DNA of 62,311 nucleotides, the filler included, from Asterionella formosa (taxonomy: Eukaryota): NCBI GenBank assembly GCA_002256025.1. It is 5 parts of 5 records of this genome, joined end to end, with 100 filler letters (N's around TTAATTAATTAA, not from the genome) between each part and the next. Parts side by side here need not be neighbours in the genome. Positions count along the whole stretch, not along the records: positions 25,004 to 37,384 come from NKIB01007565.1; positions 37,485 to 49,853 come from NKIB01007574.1; 3 more parts are not named here. The stretch is one strand, 5' to 3'. The position numbers and the translations under genes are program-made. This document shows positions 34,143-45,552 of the stretch, one piece after another. How positions within the stretch are numbered: position 1 is the first letter of the stretch; every line of letters starts with the position of its first letter. The notes under the pieces are model-generated. The model made no database searches and was not told the DNA's origin. It worked only from the letters and a program-made list of their open reading frames with translations.

Positions 34143-35861
34143 TGAGCGATCGCGAGCATCAATAAAGATATATATAGGGTTAGTGTTTTATCATGTATAT
34201 CAGAACTCAATAGTGAGAGAACTCATCAACTAACCCCTATTGTAAACTTTGGTGTCAACTAAGAGTATGAGTTGCATATCAAATGAAATAATGAACTCAT
34301 ATATTCAACAAACACTTAGATACTTCACTTTGAATTCAAAAAGAGTCCAATTAGAACAGAACAAACATGGCAATGATATTCAAGGGTTCCTGTTGCTCAT
34401 TCCCTTGTAATGACAATTAAAGCTAAAATGTTTCAAGTTACTTTGACTGGTGGAAGGTCTGAATTTTTCGACCAAGATTTGATTTATAGAAGCTCTGTGG
34501 AAGTGTTGTCAATTGGAGTGAGTCAATTTTGTGACATGACTGGCTAAGCAACACAGCCATGTGCTTTTAGCCCTGTGGATACCTTTTCCTATTTCAAAAG
34601 GTGTTTGACCAACATTGCCTTATTGGATTGGTCAAATGTAGCGATCCTAATAGCACTGGTAAGCGCCCCCTCTCACCATGGAGGGCGATGTATATTAACA
34701 GCCATGCAATCAAATCAGACCTCTCTTGCTACCAAATCGCTACACTGTATGCAATGAACTACAAACATATGAAAGAATCAACAGAAACAACAAGAAAATC
34801 AAGGAGCTTGATGAAAATGAATGGAATTCACCAACATGCATGATCATTCAATTGAAGAGCGCATTTGTTGATGTACTGGCATCGGAATCAGGCTCCACTG
34901 GCGCTTTGAGCTACACAATAACTACAGTTTCTTGTGTAATGAGCTACGAAAACATGAAAGAATCAACAGAAACAACAAGAAAATCAAGGAGCTTGATGAA
35001 AATGAATGGAATGCAACAACATGCATCATTCAATTGAAGAGCGCATTTGTCGATGTACTGGCATTGGAATCGGGGCTCCACTGGCGATTTGAGCTACATA
35101 ATAACTACAGTGTATGCAATGAGCTACAAACATGAAAGAATCAGCAGAAACAACAAGAAACTCAAGGAGCTTGACAAGATGGCTGGAATAAGATGCATTA
35201 TTCATTCAAGAAAAGTCATGATGATCATGTCACCATATTTCATTTTAATCCAACAAATAGATACTAAAGCTGCACAATATTATCAGAGTCTGCCATAAAT
35301 ACCACAAAAGGCAAGGCAATCACATGGGATGCAAATAAATGCCTCATCAAAAGATCAAACCAAGCCATCTGCCTTCTCCTCAGTCATCAAGATGTGGGGA
35401 CAGATTTTCTCACCAGTGCCAGAATATGGCATTTACAGTACACATAATTTCCCCTACTCTCATTCAAGAGAGTGTATCCACCCTTTCCCCGCCTTGCAGC
35501 GCCCAAAGTCACCATGTTTGTTGGGTTGATGCTGGCTTGGTTAAGAATTTGTATATAACCTAGGCTGTCAACAATGCCTGGAAGCGCAACGCGGGCTACC
35601 CTACTAACACTTGAGTAGTCTTAAGGCGCTTAATAAAGGAAGTTAACTATATGGATTGGTCAAATGTAGAAGTTCACCCTAAAGATCAACCCAACGATAG
35701 TTTCGATGAAGCAATTGTTTTGTGGTTTTATGATTGTTGTCCAAACAATAGTTTTAGACGTCAATGTCAGTGGATGGCTGCTACCTATCCAAACCCTTTT
35801 CTATGTTGGTGATGGATTTGGAGCTCGTAGTATTAACATTTTAAACAGGCTACTCCAACTA
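34143..35861 (+). mobile_element. Decayed second copy of the short-LTR gag element, interrupted by a 1010-bp insertion
   Basis: 34143-34641 aligns with 10441 to about 10955. After the insertion, 35652-35861 continues the alignment to about 11146. Confidence 0.85.
34642..35651. mobile_element. 1010-bp insertion with an 18-bp TSD (probably non-autonomous, non-LTR)
   Basis: TGGATTGGTCAAATGTAG is duplicated at 34624-34641 and 35652-35669. Internal tandem repeat of about 182 bp in about 2.4 copies (starts 34739, 34921, 35104). Confidence 0.75.
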
Positions 35862-36958
35862 TATCATGCAGTCAGATAGAGCCGAAAACCGCAATTTCGA
35901 TAAGAAAACAGCGGAATATCTCTCATCTCCTCCATTGAAAGTCGGACAAAGATCTTCATCCTCAGATAGTGCATTAGGCATAAACATTGTCTGAAAGCAT
36001 TCTTGGGAAGGTGCTTGTTTTGATTCTTTGATCCTCAAACAACTGTTGACTCTCAAAGTAGCTAAGTACCAAAAGAATCGATTGGTCTGAATTCTCGGCA
36101 TCATTCAATTCAAACTCTTGTTGCCACTCATTTGGCATCGATAGGATAATGCTGATAAATGTGTCTTCTTTCGACAATCCTGTTTGGTCTTCTGGATGAG
36201 GCATTAGTTGGAGGAGCCTGTTTAAAATTTTAATAGGAGCTCCGAAATCCAACACCAACATAGAAAACAGGAATATGATATATATTGGATAAAATTATTG
36301 AGTATAACGCTAGCTTGCTTGCTTTTTCCGTTTTCAGTCTACCATCATCACCAAACCTGGTGTCTCGTACTACCCCTCAATGTACACAGCCACAACTGAT
36401 TTAACTTACTAGAGGGGAGTACAACAAGACATTGGTCCTTTTTTGATCATCCAACATTATGAAAAAATAAACATCACCACCAATTTCTCCGTAGTAGTCT
36501 CAAATGTAAATAGCTTAAAAGACAGATATATTGTTGTGGGTTCAAATGCTTTCTATGATGAATAGAAGTTCTAGTTTTGGTGCACTGGTGCACCCAAGTG
36601 TTGTGATGGCTTTCAAAAGTATTTCCTAAAATGTATACTCTTTTGTACCTAATCTGTTTTTACTCCACAATTTGGATCCATCGACATATTAATATAAGCC
36701 AACAACCAAATCACTTGTATGATTATTCAATCAGAATTATGACATGCACAAAATATTTCTGCATCATGGGGCAGCAGAAAAAAATGATTCAATGAATGCT
36801 TCTGGCAAGCTGACAACATGATCAAGGCCAGCACTGGTGCCTGAGCCTGTAGCATTCAGCTTGATATTTGTGCCACAACGAGTTTCACTGGAGATAAGAG
36901 ATCTTCCACTGCTTTACTATCGAAATTGCGGTTTTCGACTCTATCTGACTGCATGATA
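35862..36958. mobile_element. Element with about 75-bp terminal inverted repeats carrying an inverted gag fragment
   Basis: TATCATGCAGTCAGATAGAG(C/T)CGAAAACCGCAATTTCGATA... at 35862-35940 is inverted at 36883-36958, with TA on both flanks. A gag fragment lies on the minus strand at 35974-36268. Confidence 0.7.
36350..36455. repeat. Interspersed repeat
   Basis: Reverse complement of 39076-39170, which is on a different scaffold. Confidence 0.7.
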
Positions 36959-37384
36959 TAAAAAGCCACCAAATCCTCCAGTTCTTTGTCTGCTTTCCTG
37001 TTAAGCAATCTTCCACTCTAGCCAATTGAATCCGCACCTTACTCTCTTTCCTTCAATGACATGACTTGAGTGACTGCTTTCTCCGCTGCTCATTGCTTTG
37101 TCATCTATTTGGGAAATGCCGTTCCCTCATCATTGTTGTCTCAAGCATCTAGAGTCTGGTAATCCTCTTTTCTATCGATTTCTTGCAATTGCTCCATATC
37201 TATATCCCTGTCTTCTACTCTCACTGCTGGCTGCATTACATATTGCTCCACCGCATCTGCATATGCATGCTGTATCGACCTCCATTAAAGCCAGCCCCGT
37301 GATGGCATGATCAGAAGTATAGTGAAGGTATAGATCATATTTGAGATAAGTCTCCAGAAAATGGACTGTGACTATGATCTTGCT

Positions 37385-37484
37385 NNNNNNNNNNNNNNNN
37401 NNNNNNNNNNNNNNNNNNNNNNNNNNNNTTAATTAATTAANNNNNNNNNNNNNNNNNNNNNNNNNNNNNNNNNNNNNNNNNNNN
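37385..37484. other. Artificial scaffold linker
   Basis: N44-TTAATTAATTAA-N44. Confidence 0.97.
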
Positions 37485-38993
37485 ATGCCCTCACACAAAC
37501 GCGCCACTTACATCCGCATTGTGTGTGCCGATCGCCCTGAAAAAACCATTCCCCAACGCGTTCGTTGGACTGCTGGGGGTGATCGTGTCATTTACACTGG
37601 CAATGTCAGCACCAAGACTGCTGATCTCACTACTGCAAAATGTTTGTTCAACAGCACCATCAGTACCCCCGGTGGCCGCTTCATGACTCTGGATTTATCT
37701 GATTTTTATCTGGAAAGTCATCTTGCACCTGCCGAGTATGAATACGTGCGCATCCCTATATGGATGATTCCCCCACACATTCAAACCCTCTACAACCTAG
37801 CTCCAAAAATCATTGATGGGCACATCTATGCCGAAATCCGTCGTGGCATGTATGGGCTGCCTCAAGCTGGTAAACTTGCCAATGATCAACTTGCTCAGTT
37901 CTTGCTACCACATCATTACCTCCCCTGCCCAGTCACCCCTGGCCTATGGATGGATACCACCAGTGATCTCATGTTTACGCTTGTTGTTGATGATTTCGGT
38001 GTACGTTACACCAAACGTAGTGACGTGGACCGTCTCCTCACCACTTTACGTACCAAATACCGACTCACAACTGATTGGACTGGCTCTCGATACATTGGCC
38101 TTACACTGACGTGGGACTATGAACATCGCACAGTTGACCTCACTATGCCTGGTTACATTGTTTGTGCTCTACAACGCTTCACGCACTCCACTCCAACACA
38201 CCCACAACATGCCCCCCATGCCTGGACTGCACCTAGTTATGGCGCTCGCCAGCAATTTGTTGTTTCTGATGTCACCCCTGTCCTTGACCTCCATGATAAA
38301 ACACGTGTGCAAGAGATTCTTGGTACTTTATTGTATTATGCCCGTGCTATTGATTGTACTATGTTGCCGGCCCTTGGTACATTGGCTACACAACAAGCAA
38401 CCCCCACTGTGGCTACCTTGACTGCTATTACTCAACTTCTCAATTATTGTGCCACGCATCCTGAGGCCACACTTCGCTTTACTGCCAGTGACATGGTCCT
38501 CCATGTTGAAAGCGATGCTTCCTATCTCTCTGAAACACGTGGTCGCTCCCCCGCTGCCGGCATTCACTTTCTCAGCTGTAAACCCGTGTCTCCCCCTAGC
38601 CTCACTACATCCATCCCTCCTCTTAACGGTGCTATTTACGTCCACTGTCAAATTCTTAAGGAGGTTGTATCAAGTGCTGCTGAGGCCGAATTAGCTGCTT
38701 TATTCCACAATGGCAAAGAGGCATATGCTATTCGCACCATTCTTGCTGAGCTTGGTCATCCCCAACCTTCTACCCGTATTGTCACCGATAATAGCACTGC
38801 CAGTGGCATCGCCAATGATACTGTCCGACAAAAACGTTCCAAAGCTATGGATATGCGTTATTACTGGGTACGCGATCGGGTTCGCCAAGGCCAATTTCTT
38901 GTATACTGGAAAAAAGGTAGTTTGAATCGTGCTGATTATTTCACTAAACATCATCCCGCTTCCCATCATATGTTGATCATAGAAACTTTTTGA
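37485..38993 (+). mobile_element. Ty1/copia (CoDi-type) pol fragment: RT and RNase H
   Basis: Motifs RVRWTAGGD, GMYGLPQAG, LVVDDFG, ESDASYL, SSAAEAE, TDNSTA, SKAMDMRYYWVRDR and ADYFTKHH. The 5' end is cut by the scaffold start. Confidence 0.95.
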
Positions 38994-41900
38994 GCCTACA
39001 ACTGTAAATCTTTTAATATTGCTATTTACGTTTTAGACTACGGAAAAAACAGTGGTGAAGTTGGTTTGCTCGCAGTGTTGGATTATCAAAAAAGGTCCGA
39101 TGTCTTGTACTCCCCTCTAAGTAAAATCTGTCGTGGTTGTGTACATTGAGGGGTATGAGACACCAGGTTTTACGGTATATGGTTTATTTCATTTGAGAAC
39201 AAATGTATCATTTACTTTGACAAGTCTGCATGCAGGGAAGAGAGATATTATAAATCTTGAAATCTTTTATACATATCTATCATTGTTGAAATATATTTCA
39301 TGTTATCAGCAATGATCACAGATGTTACAAACTTTGTGCAACATTGCACAAGAACATATCAGGTGAGGTGCACAAGAACATATCAGGTGAGGTTACTTAC
39401 CTCTTTGTTTGGTTGATTACTATACCAATTTTGAAAATTAGAAGCGCAATTGAACAGCGATATGATTTTATAGATATCTTCCGTTTTCAGAGGGTCAAGG
39501 GTTTGAGCACCAATCATAAGCCCTCTTGTTGCCAAAATTGAGAAATCATTTCATAAACTTACCTCGACATTTAGGTTGGTTTGAAAGGAGGCTATCGTTC
39601 TTCATTTCGTCATCAGATTTTGTAAATTGAGGTGCGTGCTAAGATATTTTCGTTATCATTTATCATTTGCAACCCTGTATGCATATAACCTATTTCAAAG
39701 GAAAATTTGATACACAACAAGTATGAATGATAAGATAAACTTTTAAAGACTTGAAAGAGCGAACCTCGAACGTAATTTTTTTAATTTATACTATGTATGA
39801 ACGCTTAGTTGTTGGTTCAATTGAAGCCAACTTAACGGACTGCAGTAAATCCGATTTTATTTGTTTTGGCTACTTGTTTGTATCAGTTTGCTCATCTGGA
39901 TATCTGTGATCGTTCATCCCAACACTACTGGTCATGCCTCCAATTACTCGCTCCTCTCATTTTCTTCCGAACAGGAATCAAGACTCATGGTCAATATTTG
40001 CCCAGTTAAATCTTACAAATACCAGTTAAGTAAGCAAAGAAAGTGTCTTCTGCATGGTACACATGCATGTTAGTGATACAAATCATGGCAGCACAGAGGC
40101 CTATACTTTCCTGAGTAACCGCAGAAAATTTTCTATGATACAGCACCCTGAAAATCATGTATCTTTGTGAAGATACTGATATTCCCGAACAGTTTCTTAA
40201 AGCCCTTACCTATGATGAAATTATTGTGGTTGGCGGATCTGCGAAGGGACGCAGTAACCTTGATGTAAACAGTTCAAGCCGAACAATCAATGGTTTGACT
40301 TTTAGCTGGTTTTATGAAAACTGAAGTACTACAGAGAGCTTCTTGTTGATATCAAGAAGCAGAACTCAATCGAAATGGAAACGAGGGTACACCTGAATTT
40401 GAAGGAAGGCAAAATTATTTTCATTTTCCGGAATTGACGACTGATGACTGGGATATTTACAATCAAGATCATAGCAAATTTTTAATTTTACTTCTTTATC
40501 TACTACCTTCAGAACCATCCAAGGAAGTAAATACTGTCAACAACCTCCTTGACTACTAAGAAGAAAAGGATAATATGGAACTTGGCGACCATTTAAAAGG
40601 TTTCACTAAATAAATAGACATGAAATAAAAAATTATATTAACTTTCAATTACAAAAATTGTGTAACTACTAGATCATAAATGAGTCCATCCTGTTCCATC
40701 ATACTGCACTATGAATGACAAAAAATGCCTACAGCCACATATTGAACTGTCTGTGAATATGGTGTTATCTTGTTGTCATTTCGTTTCAGCAACACTTTGT
40801 CCATTTCTTTGGGTTAAAGCTGGTAACAAATAGAAATGAATCTGTAGAGCACCATTTTCTCATTTATCCAAAGCTCCACCATGGACTATGTCTATCCCAT
40901 ACATTTAAGCAGTTTGCTCCTACTAAGGAGGAAAACATTGTCATTTCCCAAGGCAGAGGAGGTGTTTCCCTTTCACATTCTGTTGGAGCATAATCTTGGT
41001 TTGGCTTCTGAGGTTTCGGATAACCATTCTTTCTGGAATGTGAGCAGTAGCTAACTAAGCTATTCCCATGTGTGCATATGTATTTCCAAAAACTTAATAT
41101 ATTTATAAGATTTGATGAATAAAGGCCAGCATAAACCCAATGACCCTTAAAAATCACCCATGACTCATTTAGAAAGGATCTTAATACAAAAGCAAATAGA
41201 AAAATATGTTAGTCATCTGCTCAATTTTTATATAGCTCACACATCCGGGGGCAAATGTTGCATCCTCTCCATCAACACAATTTTTTTGTTGCTCATGCAC
41301 CGAAATGTGTATCTGTTTGCACACCAGTATACCGGAACAGAGGGAATACAACATGAGTTACCGGGTATTACCGGTATAATACAAGAACATCAATCAGGAC
41401 CGGTATGCTAGTCATGTTGAATATTTGTAGACTGACTACCTGGTACCAGTAAGTCATATTCAATCTCGTGTAAACAATTGTGTACTACGAATTGCGTTCT
41501 ACAGGTAGTCATGTAAACGTGACGAGTGGGAACACAAGTTTCACAGGTGACCTATAAATACCCGCGTCTTATCTCTACGTTAAAAGTAAGAATCAAAATA
41601 CCGGTAGTGCAGGTCTAGCTAAGTAGAAATTATACCAGCAATGATCAATTTTCTCCTGCTCAATTGCTACAATACCGGTACCTGGTACCTGGCAGTGCTG
41701 GGGTACCAGGTAGTTTTATGTGTAGGCCGAAGCAGGAGTTGGGCGGGGGTTGGATATAATAGGTACACATCAACTATTCCGATGTACCGGTATACCATTT
41801 AGAAAAACCAAGCAAACCACCAAATATGTCCTCCCAATAGATAAAATTATAGATGTCCAAAATTCCACGATTAATGCTACAATACTTCAAGGAAGTGCAT

Positions 41901-42726
41901 CGTCGAAGATTTCGACGAAGTCTTGGACAGATCCACAACCAACGCAGGAAGTTACTATGGTACCACCTCTTACACAAAGCGCTTACGTAAGACAGTACGA
42001 GGAGGGAGTTATAATCATATTCTACACATGGTGCATACGTAATATCCCCATAGTACAAGTACGGTTGTCATTTATGCCTCCTCAAGTTACAGAATACAGG
42101 TACCGTGCCGGTAATCTGGTACCAGGTGCAGATGAAATGTATATTACGATATGCAGTCATTCCCGAAGAAAATGGGAGATCACTTAGCGATGGTCGCAAT
42201 CAGGTCACAAATGCATGTGTACACCATCCGAAACATTCGGTACCAGCCAGGTCGTATAGACATGTGGTTTTTCAAGTGAGGCAATAGAATAAGGGACAGC
42301 CTCAATTCCCTGGACAATGAGGTATATTAGGAATGAAAATATGAATTGAAATTTATTGTTATTTCAATCGTTAAGTCAATTGGTTCAAGTCGATTGTTTT
42401 GCCTAACTCACAGCTCGTAATTCCGAGCAGACTTCATGTCAAGATTGGAACGATGATGTCATTCTCTGAAACTATTTATGATCTGTACTCGACCACGTCA
42501 GTCAGCATTTTGATGCGATGAGAGTAGGAATGGGTTTTTAGTGTTTTTATTTATGCCCAAGCATTTATACTAAGTATCTTTACCCTGTGCGGTACTAAAA
42601 CTCAAATCGTTTTTATTTTATGTAGCATTGTTCCTCGCCGCAGCAGAAACGTCCAAAGCAGACCACATTACATTTTTGCCTTCTATTTTTTATATTCCCA
42701 AAACTAAATACTTCATTTTTCACCAC

Positions 42727-45003
42727 ATGATCCGAATACAGGGATATTCAGGTAGCGAAATGAAGGCGAGCAGAATAGACCCGCTGGAGCATCAGCGGTG
42801 GGCTGACCTACAGAAAGAACTGGTGTCTTGCGGAGGCCTGTCACATGCGTCAGTGTTGCAATCGTTGGCTCTGCAATATCGGAACGAGGAACGCATATCA
42901 ACTGTCAATGAGTTTCAGTCGAGAAGGGAAGCCAAGGAGTCAGCGTCCGGCATCGAACAGTCGCTGTGGAGGCTGCGGTTTACTCGAATACAGGGTGAAT
43001 CAACCAACATTCGTGAGAGCAAAGACGACAATTTAATGACTAGGTACGTCAGGCGCAGGTACGAAGGAGAGCCTGAGAAGGAGAAGAAAGAAATCAAGAC
43101 TCTGGCTGACAGTGTCCAAGATGTGATCATGAAGCTGTCGTTACAGTTCAACGATCAAATCAACGATGCCATGTGTTCGGACAGTTCTAGTCCCGAAATT
43201 AGTGTACAGGAAAACAACCCGCTGACAGCACTCATGCAACTTCAAGCTATTGAACACAATATGAAGGCCATTGATCGTGACATACTAATTTTGGAAAGTA
43301 ATGTGGATGGGGACATTGGAGGTCTACTTGTAGGCTTTGGATTCGCTGACGAGGAATACATGGAATGTGGTGAATGCAGTAGCAGCGGCTCTAGTGAAGA
43401 CGATGACGAATCATCTGAAGGCGACAGCAGTGATGAAGAGGAAGAAGATGAATCATCAGATGACGACACGAAATGCGATAGTCTAATGAAAGAAATTGCC
43501 ATTGAAATGGGAATATTCGTCCCAGAAGGTATGAATCTCGATGATTTGAGCAGTGATAGTGAAAGCTCCAGTGACGACTCTGATGAAAGCGACTCTGATG
43601 ATGAAGATGAAGATTCATCAGACGAGGATAGCACCGAAAGGTCCGAGATGGAAGCTGGATATGAAGAATGTACTGGTGAAATGATTGCAGAAGAAGGAAA
43701 GTTGACATCACCAGGCGTTGTGTCGCCTGTATCATTACCAGTTACCGAACTGGCATCCATACATGCTGCACCATCTTTTCCAGTTAATGCAGTATCATCA
43801 ATTTCCAACCAGCAACCATTATCAAAATCGGGTTTTTTATCCCAAGTAGATTCTACTGAAGTTTGCAATGATAGCGCAGTGGTCATAGTCAATGATGAAA
43901 TGGAAGGACCTAAAAGGGATTCATACGACAGTGGATGTGACACTTACAGTGATGGAAATTCATCAATGAATGGGTTCATTCTCAAACAAAACCTCAACAT
44001 GTTGTTGCCAAACGAAGTACCGATCTCGACAGTGGCCATGAAACATTCACGCCCCGTATCAGATAACAATTCAAACGCTGATACTAGGATGAAACAAGAT
44101 CATTCTTCTGACAGTACGGCCAATACTTGCACGCACTCGGCAATTGATCACAGCGTTCGTCAGGATCCTCTAGTCTCAGAAGCTAGTGCCGTCGACAGCC
44201 ATGACAGTGTGATCATGATGGCTCCGCCTAGCTCACATACAAGCTGCGAAGTGGCAAACACGGTCCGACACCCGAGGAAATCATTCATTTTGACCCTCCC
44301 CGATGGATCTGTTAGCAACATGGTTTTTGATGGAGAGATGCAAAGAAAGGGAGAAGTCATTTGCGGATGGGGAGAATCTGATGTTGGCAGTGATGAGTAC
44401 GACATGTGTGACGATGGGCTCTTGGTCGAATGGGGAAGAGTGGACTTTGGGTGTGACAGCGAAAACCTGGAGGATATTGAAGAGGCGCGACTTTGCTGGG
44501 AAGCGGCCAATGCAGCCGCAATTGACGCAGCAAACGCAGAGTTGGAAATGTTCAGGACAAAGGGTACTAGACATGACGCACAAGATGCTGTGACTGTATC
44601 AACACAGCCTGCGATTCCGTCATGTGCAGCGGATGTCAAGGCTCCAAGGTCTAAGAAGCCAAAAAGAGAGAAGAAACCAATTCCCAAGAAGATTGTAGCT
44701 AGCGATGGCGAACCTATTGATTTCCACTTCACGCCACTATCAGTCAGTTCCGCTACTACTGACGAAGGATCTCCCAAACGGAACGAGTTTTTCAATCAAT
44801 CATTTTACGACAGGAAAAAGAACTGCAGGATAAAGCGAAACAAAAACAAACACTTTTGCTACGATGACGACGATACCAGTTTGGCTTCCCATGACAAGGA
44901 AAAGAAGCGCACCAAGAAAAAGGATGAACACAGTGAATTTGTCGAGGGTCTATTTGTTTTGGCACCAGGAAAAAGTCGCGCGGTCCAGGCCATCATGTAC
45001 TAA
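42727..45003 (+). CDS. Hypothetical acidic, Ser/Asp/Glu-rich protein with a basic C-terminus
   Basis: Uninterrupted ORF of about 760 aa. Likely ATG at 42727 or 42760. Coiled-coil-like N-terminal part, long acidic tracts and K-rich NLS-like clusters. No family recognised. Confidence 0.75.
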   Translation: MIRIQGYSGSEMKASRIDPLEHQRWADLQKELVSCGGLSHASVLQSLALQYRNEERISTVNEFQSRREAKESASGIEQSLWRLRFTRIQGESTNIRESKDDNLMTRYVRRRYEGEPEKEKKEIKTLADSVQDVIMKLSLQFNDQINDAMCSDSSSPEISVQENNPLTALMQLQAIEHNMKAIDRDILILESNVDGDIGGLLVGFGFADEEYMECGECSSSGSSEDDDESSEGDSSDEEEEDESSDDDTKCDSLMKEIAIEMGIFVPEGMNLDDLSSDSESSSDDSDESDSDDEDEDSSDEDSTERSEMEAGYEECTGEMIAEEGKLTSPGVVSPVSLPVTELASIHAAPSFPVNAVSSISNQQPLSKSGFLSQVDSTEVCNDSAVVIVNDEMEGPKRDSYDSGCDTYSDGNSSMNGFILKQNLNMLLPNEVPISTVAMKHSRPVSDNNSNADTRMKQDHSSDSTANTCTHSAIDHSVRQDPLVSEASAVDSHDSVIMMAPPSSHTSCEVANTVRHPRKSFILTLPDGSVSNMVFDGEMQRKGEVICGWGESDVGSDEYDMCDDGLLVEWGRVDFGCDSENLEDIEEARLCWEAANAAAIDAANAELEMFRTKGTRHDAQDAVTVSTQPAIPSCAADVKAPRSKKPKREKKPIPKKIVASDGEPIDFHFTPLSVSSATTDEGSPKRNEFFNQSFYDRKKNCRIKRNKNKHFCYDDDDTSLASHDKEKKRTKKKDEHSEFVEGLFVLAPGKSRAVQAIMY

Positions 45004-45552
45004 AACGAATATATCCCCACTGTCGGAACTCGTCAGACTCTTGTCCCATTTTATCATTTTCTACATGCCACGGGTACGGGTTAGGTACATACCAACCGGT
45101 ATATGTACCCGTACTGTAGTAACAGGCAATCATTGTCAAAATGTCAAAAGAATACTGATGATGTATAAGAACACAAGAAATACATCGCTCAGCCAGTACG
45201 CACACCAATTTCTAACTGTAAAATAATTCAGTACCGTTACTATTCTTCTTCTGTCATGCTGTCCACGACCAGGATACCGGTATTTGACACCACCGCTCCG
45301 ATGCAGGTAGGTATGGACAATGTACTAGGGGTACGATCAGGTCCTCTTTATTTTGACGCCGTGAAAACACAAGCAAGCAGTACCGGTATACCGGTATTGA
45401 ATTTTACCGGTATTACTATGCAATTTGGCCACAGCCATTATTGCAAAACTCTAATCTCATGACAAGAAGAAAAGCAGCAGCCATCGATCACAATACCGGT
45501 ATACTATATTATAATAGAATAGAATAGAATTCAGGTTGAGAACAAAAGCAAA

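Noticed and set aside
36350..39170. Inverted repeats flanking the copia pol as one element
   Set aside because: The two arms lie on different scaffolds, separated by an artificial linker.
39200..41300. Decayed coding remnants (also 16150-16700, 23400-23950, 28300-29100, 52200-52870 and 58400-58950)
   Set aside because: They look like fragmented ORFs, but no diagnostic motif was recognised, so they were left unannotated.
43242..44795. Long antisense ORFs (233 and 211 aa) inside the acidic gene
   Set aside because: They are shadows of the D/E/S codon bias on the sense strand.
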